From Prosthecobacter debontii (GTDB lineage Bacteria; Verrucomicrobiota; Verrucomicrobiia; Verrucomicrobiales; Akkermansiaceae), in NCBI GenBank assembly GCA_945862245.1, contig CAMAXN010000004.1:442-64441 (forward strand): a stretch of 64,000 nucleotides of DNA. Direction: 5' to 3'. The notes below the pieces were generated by a model, which was given only the letters and a program-made list of their open reading frames with translations, made no database searches and had not been told where the DNA came from. The position numbers and the translations under genes are program-made. The stretch's first letter is position 1; each line of letters starts with the position of its first letter. Below, one piece after another: positions 1 to 8,747 of the stretch.

Positions 1-917
1 GTGTGCTCCACCTGGATGCGCGGGTTCATCTCGATGAAGAACCAGTCGTTCTGATCCATGTCGTATAGGAACTCGACGGTGCCGGCGTTGTCGTAGCCGA
101 TGCCCGCCGCGAGTTTCACTGCCGCGTCGCAAAGCTCTTTCCGCACGACCGGATCGAGGTGCATCGCGGGCGCGACCTCGACGACTTTCTGGTAGCGGCG
201 CTGGACGGAGCAATCGCGCTCGTAGAGGTGGACGACGTTGCCGTGCTGGTCGCCGAGGATTTGCACCTCGATGTGCTTGGCACGCTTGATGTAGCGTTCG
301 AGGAAAACAGCCGGGTTGCCGAAGGCGTTTTCCGCCTCGGCGCGGGCTTCCGCAAGCAGGCCGGGGAGTTGGGAGGGTTTTTCCACCACGCGCATGCCGC
401 GCCCGCCGCCGCCGAAGGCCGCCTTGATGATGAGTGGGAAACCGATCTCGTGCGCAACGGTCAGCGCCACGTCGGGATCGGTGATCGGTTCCTCAGTGCC
501 GGGCAGGGTGGGAACATTGAATTTATGAGCAAGCGCGCGGGCAGCGGTTTTGTCGCCCATGTTTTCCAGAAGCTCCGGCGATGGGCCGATGAAAATGATG
601 CCCTCACGCGCGCAGGCACGGGCGAATGCGGGGTTTTCCGAGAGGAAACCATAGCCGGGATGGATCATCGTCACGCTCTTGGACTTCGCGAGTTTCACGA
701 TGCCCTCGTAATCGAGATACGCGCCGACTGGGCCTTTCGTTGAATCGAGCTGGTAGGCTTCGTCGGCCTTGAAGCGGTGGATGGAAAAGCGGTCTTCCTC
801 CGCGAAGATGGAAACGGTGCGGAGGCCGAGCTCGGTGGCGGCGCGGAAAATGCGAATTGCGATTTCACCACGGTTTGCGGCCATGATTTTTCCGGGTTGT
901 GCTGGATTTATCGGCAT
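1..917 (-). CDS. pyc: Pyruvate carboxylase, N-terminal biotin-carboxylase/ATP-grasp part (5' portion only; gene continues past the window start)
   Basis: Own translation of the minus strand; it is absent from the ORF track because it is truncated. Reads MPINPAQPGKIMAANRGEIAIRIFRAATELGL..HRFKADEAYQL..GFPLIIKAAFGGGGRGMRVV..FIEMNPRIQVEHT. An alternative ATG lies at 884. The RIQVEHT and KADEAYQL motifs fit pyruvate-carboxylase-type biotin carboxylases better than AccC. Confidence 0.7.
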   Translation of the reverse strand, partial: MPINPAQPGKIMAANRGEIAIRIFRAATELGLRTVSIFAEEDRFSIHRFKADEAYQLDSTKGPVGAYLDYEGIVKLAKSKSVTMIHPGYGFLSENPAFARACAREGIIFIGPSPELLENMGDKTAARALAHKFNVPTLPGTEEPITDPDVALTVAHEIGFPLIIKAAFGGGGRGMRVVEKPSQLPGLLAEARAEAENAFGNPAVFLERYIKRAKHIEVQILGDQHGNVVHLYERDCSVQRRYQKVVEVAPAMHLDPVVRKELCDAAVKLAAGIGYDNAGTVEFLYDMDQNDWFFIEMNPRIQVEH

Positions 918-1131
918 GGGTTCAGGTGAGTTTTTTATCGTGCGGGCGGACATGCACAAGGACGAATCAGGTGCTGGGATACCCGAAAAAAGAAATTCAG
1001 CCCTAGTTGGAAGAGACTAATGCAGATAAGGATGATTTTCAGGGTTTTATCGATTGCTGTCATTGGTTGTGTTTGATTTGACGCGCCGCGCCAGCTCGGC
1101 TTAGTTAGCGCCCCGCCACTGGCGGAAATCC

Positions 1132-2298
1132 ATGGATTACTCATCGAAAATCGCGAAGCACGTAGCATCAATCCCAAGATCGGGTATTCGTGATTTCTTC
1201 GATCTTGTGATTGGCCGCGACGATGTGATCTCGCTCGGTGTCGGCGAGCCGGATTTTGTAACGCCATGGCACATACGCGAGGCGGCGATCTACTCGCTGG
1301 AAAAAGGCCAGACGACCTACACCGCCAACCTCGGCCTGCTGAGCCTGAGGAAATCGATTTCCAAATACGTCAGCGGATTCTTCGAGGTGGATTACGATCC
1401 TGCGAAGGAAATCCTCGTGACTGTCGGCGTTTCCGAGGCGATCGACATCGCCCTGCGCGCCCTGTTGAACCCCGGCGACGAGGTAATTTACCACGAGCCG
1501 TGCTATGTTTCCTACTCGCCGAGCATTGTGATGGCGCATGGCGTGGCGGTAGGAGTTGAGACCACGAAGGCCGATGGCTTTTCCCTGAAACCCGAAGCGC
1601 TAGAAAAGGCAATCACTCCGAAAAGCAGGGTGCTGATGCTGAATTTCCCCACAAACCCAACCGGAGCCGTAGCCTCGTATGAGGATCTGGAGGGGATTGC
1701 GAAACTCGCGGTGAAACACGATCTGATCGTGCTGGCCGACGAGATCTATTGCGAACTGCGCTACGATGGCATCAAGCACGTGACCATCGCCTCGCTGCCG
1801 GGGATGAAGGAGCGCACGGTCCTGATGCACGGTTTCTCTAAAGCTTTCGCGATGACAGGATTCCGCCTCGGATACGCCTGTGCTCCTCAGCCAATCATCG
1901 AGGCGATGATGAAGATCCACCAATATTCCATGCTCTGCGCGCCGATCATGAGCCAGAACGCCGCAATCGAAGCTCTGGAAAACGGCGCTCCACAGGTGGT
2001 TATGATGCGCGACGAATACCATCAACGCCGCGATTTTCTGGTGAAACGCCTCAACGCGATGGGGCTCGATTGCCACACTCCTGGCGGTGCGTTTTACGTC
2101 TTCCCCGACATCCGGGAAACCGGGCTTTCCTCCAAGGATTTCGCGATGCGCCTGCTGGAGCAGGAAAGTGTCGCCGCTGTGCCGGGCGGTGCCTTCGGGC
2201 CCAGCGGGGAGGGCTTCCTGCGTTGCTGCTACGCAACCGGCATGGAGGATCTCAGGACGGCGATGGATCGTATGGAGCGCTTCGTTTCGAAACTCTAA
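1132..2298 (+). CDS. Class I/II PLP-dependent aminotransferase (aspartate/aromatic aminotransferase-like)
   Basis: 388 aa. Has the SKAFAMTGFRLGY lysine motif, NFPTNPTG, and an N-terminal IPRSGIRDFFDL. Confidence 0.85.
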   Translation: MDYSSKIAKHVASIPRSGIRDFFDLVIGRDDVISLGVGEPDFVTPWHIREAAIYSLEKGQTTYTANLGLLSLRKSISKYVSGFFEVDYDPAKEILVTVGVSEAIDIALRALLNPGDEVIYHEPCYVSYSPSIVMAHGVAVGVETTKADGFSLKPEALEKAITPKSRVLMLNFPTNPTGAVASYEDLEGIAKLAVKHDLIVLADEIYCELRYDGIKHVTIASLPGMKERTVLMHGFSKAFAMTGFRLGYACAPQPIIEAMMKIHQYSMLCAPIMSQNAAIEALENGAPQVVMMRDEYHQRRDFLVKRLNAMGLDCHTPGGAFYVFPDIRETGLSSKDFAMRLLEQESVAAVPGGAFGPSGEGFLRCCYATGMEDLRTAMDRMERFVSKL

Positions 2299-2325
2299 GT
2301 TTTAAACCTTAAACTTCAAGGAAGA
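2299..2325 (+). repeat. Copy 1 of the dispersed AT-rich junction motif
   Basis: GTTTTAAACCTTAAACTTCAAGGAAGA, between the aminotransferase stop and the CPBP start. Confidence 0.65.
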
Positions 2326-2331
2326 GGGAAA

Positions 2332-3093
2332 ATGGGAGCGGATGTGAATAACCCGGATAGGCTCACCAAGGCGCATCTCGTGCCCTTCGCGGTGTTTATG
2401 GTTTTCCTGATCCTGCTCCAGCTTTGTGATAGCCTATTCGGCTGGCATCATCCGTCTGCCCCTTGGTGGAAAAGGGATGTTTCGCATTTAATATATCCGA
2501 TTCAAACGATTGCTTGTATCGGATGCTTTGCTTATTTTTGGAGCAGTTACCGCTTCGAATGGAGTTTAAAATGGAGCTTGGTGGCGGTAGTTTTCGGGGT
2601 GGTGGGGATTTGTTTCTGGTTACTGCCGACGACTCTTTACGATGCTTGGAAGCTTACCGGAGAGACGGAGGGTTGGATGAGATGGCTGGGGATTGCGAAG
2701 CGCGACGAGGGTTTTGATCCGGGTATTTTCGAAAATCCGGCGGCCTACTGGGCGACTCTGATGATGCGATTCATCCGGGCGGTGGTGGTGGTTGCGCTGG
2801 TGGAGGAAATTTTCTGGCGAGGTTTCGTGATGCGCCTTTGCATGGATCGGGAGGGCGATTACTGGAAACAGCCCTTCGGCCGGGCGCATTGGAAGAGTTT
2901 CCTGATCGTGACTGGCCTGTTCATGTCCGCACACGCTCCAATCGACTGGGCGGGAGCTTTTGTTTACGGATCGCTGACCTACATTCTCTGCGTGTGGAGC
3001 AAAAATCTCGGCGCCTGCGTGGTGATGCACGCGGTGGCGAATCTACTAATGGGAATCTACGCGATGGCCTATGGAAAATACGGTCTGTGGTAG
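2332..3093 (+). CDS. CPBP-family intramembrane glutamic endopeptidase (CAAX-protease-like)
   Basis: 253 aa and polytopic. Has the EEIFWRGF motif and a second HAVANLL motif. Confidence 0.8.
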   Translation: MGADVNNPDRLTKAHLVPFAVFMVFLILLQLCDSLFGWHHPSAPWWKRDVSHLIYPIQTIACIGCFAYFWSSYRFEWSLKWSLVAVVFGVVGICFWLLPTTLYDAWKLTGETEGWMRWLGIAKRDEGFDPGIFENPAAYWATLMMRFIRAVVVVALVEEIFWRGFVMRLCMDREGDYWKQPFGRAHWKSFLIVTGLFMSAHAPIDWAGAFVYGSLTYILCVWSKNLGACVVMHAVANLLMGIYAMAYGKYGLW

Positions 3094-3118
3094 GGTCGTT
3101 TTGGCAAAATAGCCCTAC
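3090..3118. terminator. Candidate bidirectional hairpin that embeds both convergent stop codons
   Basis: Sequence is GTAGGG-tcg-TTTT-ggc-AAAA-tag-CCCTAC. The TAG of the CPBP gene (3091-3093) and the CTA (= TAG on the minus strand, 3115-3117) both sit in the outer stem. There is no long U-tract. Confidence 0.35.
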
Positions 3119-4254
3119 CATTTCGTGTGCCACTCGCGATAAACCTTTGGGGAAATCTCCGAGGGCTTGATCTCGGAGCGACCGCCCCAGAAGACGTTGG
3201 TGTAGGAGAGGGGGATGCCGACGGATTCCAGATGCTTGTCGATAGCAGCCTTGTGGGCGAGGACGCGGTCTTTTTCGGTGCCGTGGACGACGCCCATGAT
3301 GTTCACATTGCCGAACTGCGGGCCGCCTTCGCGCCAGTAGCAGTGGGTCATGCAGAAATGACGGCCAACTTCGCCCCCGGCTTCAATTTCACGGCCTTTG
3401 GGGATTGCCCAATGAAAAAGACCGTTGAAACGGGTGACGCGCTCGCCAGTTTCTGCCGAGGGCTTCACGTGCTCTAGGAAAGTGGAGAAACGGCCGATGA
3501 CTTTTTTCTCGTTGAGCGCTTCGGCGACCTCGCAAAAGCGGTCGAGTGATACGCCCGCTTGGGCGGCACGTTTTTCCCACGGGTTTTCGTTGATTTCATC
3601 GAGCGTGAGTTCCTCTTTCAGGATGAGAAGGATGTCCCATTCCTCTTCGCTGAGATCGGCTGGAACGGTGGTCATCATCACGGCGGGTTCTTCGGATTTC
3701 TCACCGGGTTCCATGGTTTTGCGGCGCACGTGGCCTACGCCGAGGGCGAAGACTCCATTGGCGGGCATGAGCAGGTATTCGGTTGCTCCGGTGAGCGCCA
3801 AAAGCTTAGTGGCGTGGAAATCCAGCGACTCGCCGACAGGGACTTTCAGGGTTGTCCAGAGCCGGTAACCGGAGCCGGACACTTCGGTATCGGTCGAGCG
3901 GATGACGACGTGGCCGGAAAACGGATCTTCCTTGGCCATGAACTCGAAGGCGTCGTTGAGTTTCTCCTCTGGCACCTTCCATGCGACCAGCGCTCCGTGG
4001 GCGAGTTTCGTGGCAAGCATCGTCTGGCGCACGCGGCGGATGATGCCTGCTTCTTGCATCGCGCGGATGCGCTCAAGCACGGTATCGAGAGGGACCCCGG
4101 ATTTCTCGGCGATGACCTGGAACGGATGGCGTTGGAAGCCGGATACAAGATCTTCGGAAACGGCGAGGATCTGCGAGTTGACGGGATCGGAGATGGAGGT
4201 GGGGATGGATGAGGTCATTGGGGTGATGCTAAGTGGGTAAAGTAGAACGTCCAA
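3115..4254 (-). CDS. Fused AsnC/Lrp-type double-module protein resembling siroheme decarboxylase (AhbA/AhbB, NirDL-like)
   Basis: 379 aa. Two HTH-like segments (IAEKSGVPLDTVLERIRAMQEAGIIRR; ...FCEVAEALNEKKVIGRF), each followed by a ligand-domain motif like the Ahb/Nir proteins (GHVVIRST..YRLWTTL; MTHCYWRE..NVNIMGVVHG). Confidence 0.5.
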   Translation of the reverse strand: MDVLLYPLSITPMTSSIPTSISDPVNSQILAVSEDLVSGFQRHPFQVIAEKSGVPLDTVLERIRAMQEAGIIRRVRQTMLATKLAHGALVAWKVPEEKLNDAFEFMAKEDPFSGHVVIRSTDTEVSGSGYRLWTTLKVPVGESLDFHATKLLALTGATEYLLMPANGVFALGVGHVRRKTMEPGEKSEEPAVMMTTVPADLSEEEWDILLILKEELTLDEINENPWEKRAAQAGVSLDRFCEVAEALNEKKVIGRFSTFLEHVKPSAETGERVTRFNGLFHWAIPKGREIEAGGEVGRHFCMTHCYWREGGPQFGNVNIMGVVHGTEKDRVLAHKAAIDKHLESVGIPLSYTNVFWGGRSEIKPSEISPKVYREWHTKW

Positions 4255-4313
4255 GCAGGATTGATTCTTGCGGAGAAAAGGGGAGGAAGTGAGAAGTGCC
4301 GAGTGAGAAGTGA

Positions 4314-5645
4314 TCAGTGATCAGTGGAAGAGTTTTGGGGCAGGAGGGTTTCGAGATACTCCAGCGCCTCCTCGCGGGTGATGAGGCGGTTTTCGAGTTG
4401 TTCGGTTTGGATTTCCTCGAGGATTTCTTTGAAGCGGGGGCCGGGTTTGAGGCCGCGGGCGATGAGGTCTTTGCCGGTGACGAGCGGCGGCGGGATGAGG
4501 GGTTCGCTGGCGAATTCCTCGGTCTTCGCGTGGAGGAAATCGTAGTTGTCGGTGAAACCGTTCGAGGAGGCACAATCGACGCGGTGGAGTTCCATTTCCT
4601 GCGTGAAGGTCGGCTCCGACATGAAACGCTTGAGTTTCGCTTTCCGCATCTGCTGGACGTTCATGAACTGCATGTGGCGTGAAACCATCTGCGCAGCGTC
4701 CCTGATGATGGCGTTCGGGTAGCGGAGGCGGGTGAGGATTTCCGTGGCCATTTCCGCACCGAGGGCGTCGTGGCCGTTGAAGCGGATTCGCCCGTCGGGG
4801 TCGATGGTGCGGGTGGGGGGCTTGGCGATATCGTGGAGGAGGGTGGCGAGGCAGAGTTCGAGCGGCGCGTCGGGCGCGAGCATTTCAAGCATGATGCGGG
4901 TGTGGATATAGACGTCGCCCTCGGGATGCCACTCGGGCGGTTGGTCGCAGCCGATCAGGGGCAAGACTTCGGGGAGGAAATGGGCGATGAGTCCGGAATC
5001 GACCAGTAGCTCAAGTCCGCGGCGGCGGTTCGGTGAGGATATGATTTTCGAAAACTCGTCGCGAATCCGCTCAGGAGAAATTTTTTCCAGTAGGTGGGCG
5101 TTTTCCTGAATGGCGGAGAATGTTTCTGGCTCGATAGGAAGGCCAAGGGTCGTCGAGAAACGGATCGCGCGAAGCAGGCGAAGTGCGTCTTCTTGAAAAC
5201 GGTGTGAAGGTGTGCCGATTGCACGGATGATCTTTGCCGCAAGATCGCGGACACCGCCGACGTGGTCGATAATCTTGCCGGATTCCGGGTCTTCGAAAAG
5301 TCCATTGATCGTGAAATCGCGGCGGTGAGCATCTTCCTCCGGAGTGGAGAAAGTGACGGTGTCTGGCCTGCGCCTATCGCCGTAGGAACCGTCGGTGCGG
5401 AACGTTGCGATCTCGATGTAATGGCCTCGGTATTTCGCGATGACCACCCCGAAATGAGCTCCTACCTCGTTGGCTCCGGGAAAAAGCGCGATGACTGCGG
5501 AAGGCGGCGCGGAGGTGGCGATATCGTAATCCTTTGGTTCAAGCCCGAGGAGTTTGTCGCGCACGCAACCTCCCGCAAAGTAGGCCGTGTGGCCTGCTTT
5601 TTTAAGCTTGAGCGCGAGGCTCGTTGCGGATGCGCGGGTAGTCAT
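4314..5645 (-). CDS. cca: CCA-adding tRNA nucleotidyltransferase (PolyA-pol head domain plus HD domain)
   Basis: 443 aa. Motifs GGCVRDKLLG..DYDIAT, RRDFTINGL, and HD motif LLHDIAKP. Confidence 0.85.
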   Translation of the reverse strand: MTTRASATSLALKLKKAGHTAYFAGGCVRDKLLGLEPKDYDIATSAPPSAVIALFPGANEVGAHFGVVIAKYRGHYIEIATFRTDGSYGDRRRPDTVTFSTPEEDAHRRDFTINGLFEDPESGKIIDHVGGVRDLAAKIIRAIGTPSHRFQEDALRLLRAIRFSTTLGLPIEPETFSAIQENAHLLEKISPERIRDEFSKIISSPNRRRGLELLVDSGLIAHFLPEVLPLIGCDQPPEWHPEGDVYIHTRIMLEMLAPDAPLELCLATLLHDIAKPPTRTIDPDGRIRFNGHDALGAEMATEILTRLRYPNAIIRDAAQMVSRHMQFMNVQQMRKAKLKRFMSEPTFTQEMELHRVDCASSNGFTDNYDFLHAKTEEFASEPLIPPPLVTGKDLIARGLKPGPRFKEILEEIQTEQLENRLITREEALEYLETLLPQNSSTDH

Positions 5646-5706
5646 ATTCCGCGCGGAGAGTCATGGGGCGCAGCGGCCTTGTCAAAAGGCAAACCGCGTC
5701 GGCTTC

Positions 5707-6159
5707 TCACCCCTTGTCCTTGCTGTCGTCGATCTTGGCTAGGACTTCGACTTTCACAGGAATGACTCCATATTGCACAAAGCCGAGTTTCTCGGCGGTG
5801 CCTATTGTCACATCGATCACCCGTCCCTTGGTGAAAGGTCCACGGTCATTAATGGTGACGATTTCGGATTTCTTGTTTGCGAGGTTGGTCACGCGAACCT
5901 TGGTGCCCATGGGTAGGGTCTTGTGGGCGGCGGTGGGGGCGTTGTTAGAAAGGCGCTGGCCGCTGGCGGTTCTGGTGCCGGAGTTCGACTTGACGGAATA
6001 CCAGGAAGCCTTGCCCTGCTGGGTGGTTTTGACTTTGTAACCGGCCTTGCGCAGCTCGCAAAGAGCGACTGAGTCGTGTTCGCTGGCGCAGCTGGGGATG
6101 AGGGTGAGAGCCGCCAAGGCTAGGATCGTGAGCTTCAGGTTCCGTATCATTTTTTTCAT
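5707..6159 (-). CDS. rlpA: RlpA-family septal ring lytic transglycosylase lipoprotein (DPBB domain)
   Basis: ASWYS..GTRTASGQRL..AAHKTLPMGTKVRVTNL..VTINDRGPF, with lipobox LIPSC. I prefer the ATG at 6159 (MKKMIRNL) over the TTG at 6186 used by the ORF track. Confidence 0.85.
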   Translation of the reverse strand: MKKMIRNLKLTILALAALTLIPSCASEHDSVALCELRKAGYKVKTTQQGKASWYSVKSNSGTRTASGQRLSNNAPTAAHKTLPMGTKVRVTNLANKKSEIVTINDRGPFTKGRVIDVTIGTAEKLGFVQYGVIPVKVEVLAKIDDSKDKG

Positions 6160-6365
6160 ACGTTGGGATTTTTCCGTTGGGGGCAACGGGGGTAAATTGA
6201 TGTTAAGAGGCTGGCAAGGGAAAAATTAAATCAAAATATCAATCAGAATTTCAGATGATTTCCTGGTGATTTTATCTCTTGGAAATAGCATCAAATCTGG
6301 AGCTTTCTGAGGTATTTTGAAGGCATAATTTTCATGATATTTTTTTGTTTGGTCTGCTGCATTTT

Positions 6366-7319
6366 TCAGACTGTATGAATTGGTTTGCCTGCCAGAAATG
6401 CGGCGATATTTTCGGCGGTAATGGCCATCAGGCGCTGGCGGGCCTCGCTGGCAGCCCAAGCGATGTGTGGGGTAAGCGTTAGGTTTTTGGCGGTCAGGAG
6501 GGGGTTTGTTGACACGATGGGTTCTGCGGAAACCACATCACAGGCGGCACCGGCGATGCGGTCGGTGTTGAGGGCGTCGGTGAGGGCTTGCTCGTCGATC
6601 AGCGAGCCGCGGGCGGTGTTCACGAGAAAGGCGGAGGGCTTCATTTTCGCAAGCGAGGCAGCGGAGATTAGGCCTTGGTTTTCCGGGGTAAGCGGGCAGT
6701 GGAGGGAAACGAAATCGGAGGTTTCCAAAATCTCATCGATGGTCGCCCAGCGAAAAGGGAAGGCAGTCTCGGCGGAGCGGGAGCGCGATTGTGCAAGGAT
6801 GTTCATTTTGAAGGCGGCGGCGAGTTCACCGACACGCTGCCCGATGCGTCCAAAGCCGATGATACCCATAGTTTTCCCGGCGAGTTCCCGAAAATGTGGG
6901 TTCTGCCAGAAGCAGAAATTTTTGGATTTCTCCCATGCTCCGGAGATTGCGAGCTGACTGTGGAGGGCGGGGCGCTTTGCGAAATCGAGGATCAATGCGA
7001 AGACAAATTCTGCGACGGCGTCAGTGCTATAAACTGGGACGTTGGACACGGGGATGCCACGTGCGGTACAAGCGGCGACGTCGATCATGTTGTAGCCGGT
7101 GGCGAGGACTGATACGAATTTCAGCTTAGGAAGTTGCGCTAGAGTTTCCGCGTTGAGCGGCACCTTGTTGGTGAGGATAATGTCGGCGTCTTTGGCGCGT
7201 GCAATGATCTGGTCATTGGGAGTTCTTTCATAGACCGTGAACTCGCCGAGGGCTTCGATGGAAGTCCATGGATTGTCGCCGGGATTGAGTGTTTGGCCGT
7301 CGAGGACAGTGATTTTCAT
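6366..7319 (-). CDS. D-isomer-specific 2-hydroxyacid dehydrogenase (glycerate dehydrogenase/hydroxypyruvate reductase-like)
   Basis: 317 aa. NAD fold GIIGFGRIGQRVG, plus NTARG and TPHIAWAS. Confidence 0.85.
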   Translation of the reverse strand: MKITVLDGQTLNPGDNPWTSIEALGEFTVYERTPNDQIIARAKDADIILTNKVPLNAETLAQLPKLKFVSVLATGYNMIDVAACTARGIPVSNVPVYSTDAVAEFVFALILDFAKRPALHSQLAISGAWEKSKNFCFWQNPHFRELAGKTMGIIGFGRIGQRVGELAAAFKMNILAQSRSRSAETAFPFRWATIDEILETSDFVSLHCPLTPENQGLISAASLAKMKPSAFLVNTARGSLIDEQALTDALNTDRIAGAACDVVSAEPIVSTNPLLTAKNLTLTPHIAWAASEARQRLMAITAENIAAFLAGKPIHTV

Positions 7320-7352
7320 GTTGAAATCTTTGGTTTGCCGGCATGCGGGTGA

Positions 7353-8069
7353 CTAATGAGGGTATTGGAAGCGGATCGCGGAGAGGCAGAACATGGTGGC
7401 GGTTTCCACACGGAGCACCAGTTCGCCTAGGGTGACGGGCACGAAGCCGGCGGCGATTGCGGCTGCGGTTTCCTCTGCTGAAAAATCTCCCTCGGGGCCG
7501 ACCGCGATGGTGATATTTTTCAAATCGGGGCGGGATTGGAGTGTTGTCCGAAAATTCTGCGGGTTACCGGCTAGCGAAGCAATGATTTCTAGGTCGGTGG
7601 GCAGGCGGCTTGAGAGCCATTCTTTGAAGGGCAGCGGGTCTTCGACGATGGGGATATTGAACTGGCCGCACTGCTTGCAGCTCTCGAGCGCGGTGCGGCG
7701 CCATTTCTCCGATTTGTCCTCGCCGGGGATTACAATGGTGTGGCGCGTAATGAGTGGCTGGATGTGGGAGACACCGAGTTCAACCGCCTTCTGCACGATC
7801 CAATCCATGTTTTTCCCCTTAGGGATTGCCTGTGCGAGTGTGATGTAAGGTAGTATGGTGTGGTTGCACTCAGCGAGTTCTAGCCTCAGGTCGACACGTT
7901 GCTTGGAAACGGCAAGCACGCGGGCTTCGGCGTGATTTCCATGTCCATCGAAAACGGTTACCGTTGCCCCAGATTTGATGCGGAGCACTTGGGAAAGGTG
8001 CTTCGCCTCATCGCCTTCGAGTGAAGGATACTCAGTCCAAGCAGAGGGAGGGAGGAAAAAGCGTGGCAC
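7353..8069 (-). CDS. rsmE: 16S rRNA (uracil1498-N3)-methyltransferase
   Basis: 238 aa. MPRFFLPP..HLSQVLRIKSG..AVGPEGDFSAEE. GTG start. Confidence 0.85.
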   Translation of the reverse strand: MPRFFLPPSAWTEYPSLEGDEAKHLSQVLRIKSGATVTVFDGHGNHAEARVLAVSKQRVDLRLELAECNHTILPYITLAQAIPKGKNMDWIVQKAVELGVSHIQPLITRHTIVIPGEDKSEKWRRTALESCKQCGQFNIPIVEDPLPFKEWLSSRLPTDLEIIASLAGNPQNFRTTLQSRPDLKNITIAVGPEGDFSAEETAAAIAAGFVPVTLGELVLRVETATMFCLSAIRFQYPH

Positions 8070-8077
8070 GCCAGAAA

Positions 8078-8110
8078 CTTTAAATTTTAAACTTTAAACC
8101 TCAAGGAAGA
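8078..8110 (+). repeat. Copy 2 of the dispersed AT-rich junction motif
   Basis: CTTTAAATTTTAAACTTTAAACCTCAAGGAAGA, between trpG and rsmE. Confidence 0.65.
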
Positions 8111-8132
8111 TGAGTGGATGCAGACAGCAGGG

Positions 8133-8696
8133 TTAGAGGCTGAGGAAATTCTCCAGCATCTGCTTACCGTGTTCCGTGAGGATGGATTCCGGGTGGAACT
8201 GCACTCCGTGGACAGGATGTTCTTTGTGGCGAAGACCCATGATTTCGCCTTCCTCAGTCCAGGCGGTGATCTCCAAGCAATTGGGCAGGGTATCACGTTT
8301 CACGATGAGCGAGTGGTAGCGGGTGGCCTCGAAAGGACTCGGCAGTCCTTTGAACACGCTCGAGCCGTTGTGGTGAATGGGTGAGGTCTTACCGTGCATG
8401 AGGCGGTCCGCGCGAACGACATCGCCACCATAGACTTGGCCGATAGATTGATGGCCGAGGCAGACACCGAGTATGGGCGTGGTGGGGCCAAGTTCGCGGA
8501 TCAATCCCATTGAGATTCCGGCTTCATTTGGGGTGCAGGGGCCGGGGGAGATGCAAATTCTTTCTGGTGCTAGGGCTTTCACCTCATTGATGCTGAGTGC
8601 GTCGTTACGAAAGATTTTCATCTCTGCCCCTAACTCGCCGAAATACTGGACAAGGTTGTAAGTAAACGAGTCGTAGTTATCAATGATCAGGAGCAT
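8133..8696 (-). CDS. trpG: Anthranilate/aminodeoxychorismate synthase component II (glutamine amidotransferase)
   Basis: [15 protein letters not shown], catalytic [16 protein letters not shown]. The ATG at 8696 is preferred over the TTG at 8705. Confidence 0.85.
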   Translation of the reverse strand: MLLIIDNYDSFTYNLVQYFGELGAEMKIFRNDALSINEVKALAPERICISPGPCTPNEAGISMGLIRELGPTTPILGVCLGHQSIGQVYGGDVVRADRLMHGKTSPIHHNGSSVFKGLPSPFEATRYHSLIVKRDTLPNCLEITAWTEEGEIMGLRHKEHPVHGVQFHPESILTEHGKQMLENFLSL

Positions 8697-8704
8697 AAAA
8701 TTCA

Positions 8705-8732
8705 AATCTCAATTTTCAAACTTCAAGGAAGA
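8705..8732 (+). repeat. Copy 3 of the dispersed AT-rich junction motif
   Basis: AATCTCAATTTTCAAACTTCAAGGAAGA, between trpE and trpG. Confidence 0.6.
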
Positions 8733-8747
8733 TCGGCGCTATGTAGA

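Noticed and set aside
159-743. 194-aa plus-strand ORF (and other ORFs at 116-1020)
   Set aside because: These are shadow frames antisense to, or out of frame with, the clearly recognisable pyruvate carboxylase coding sequence on the minus strand.
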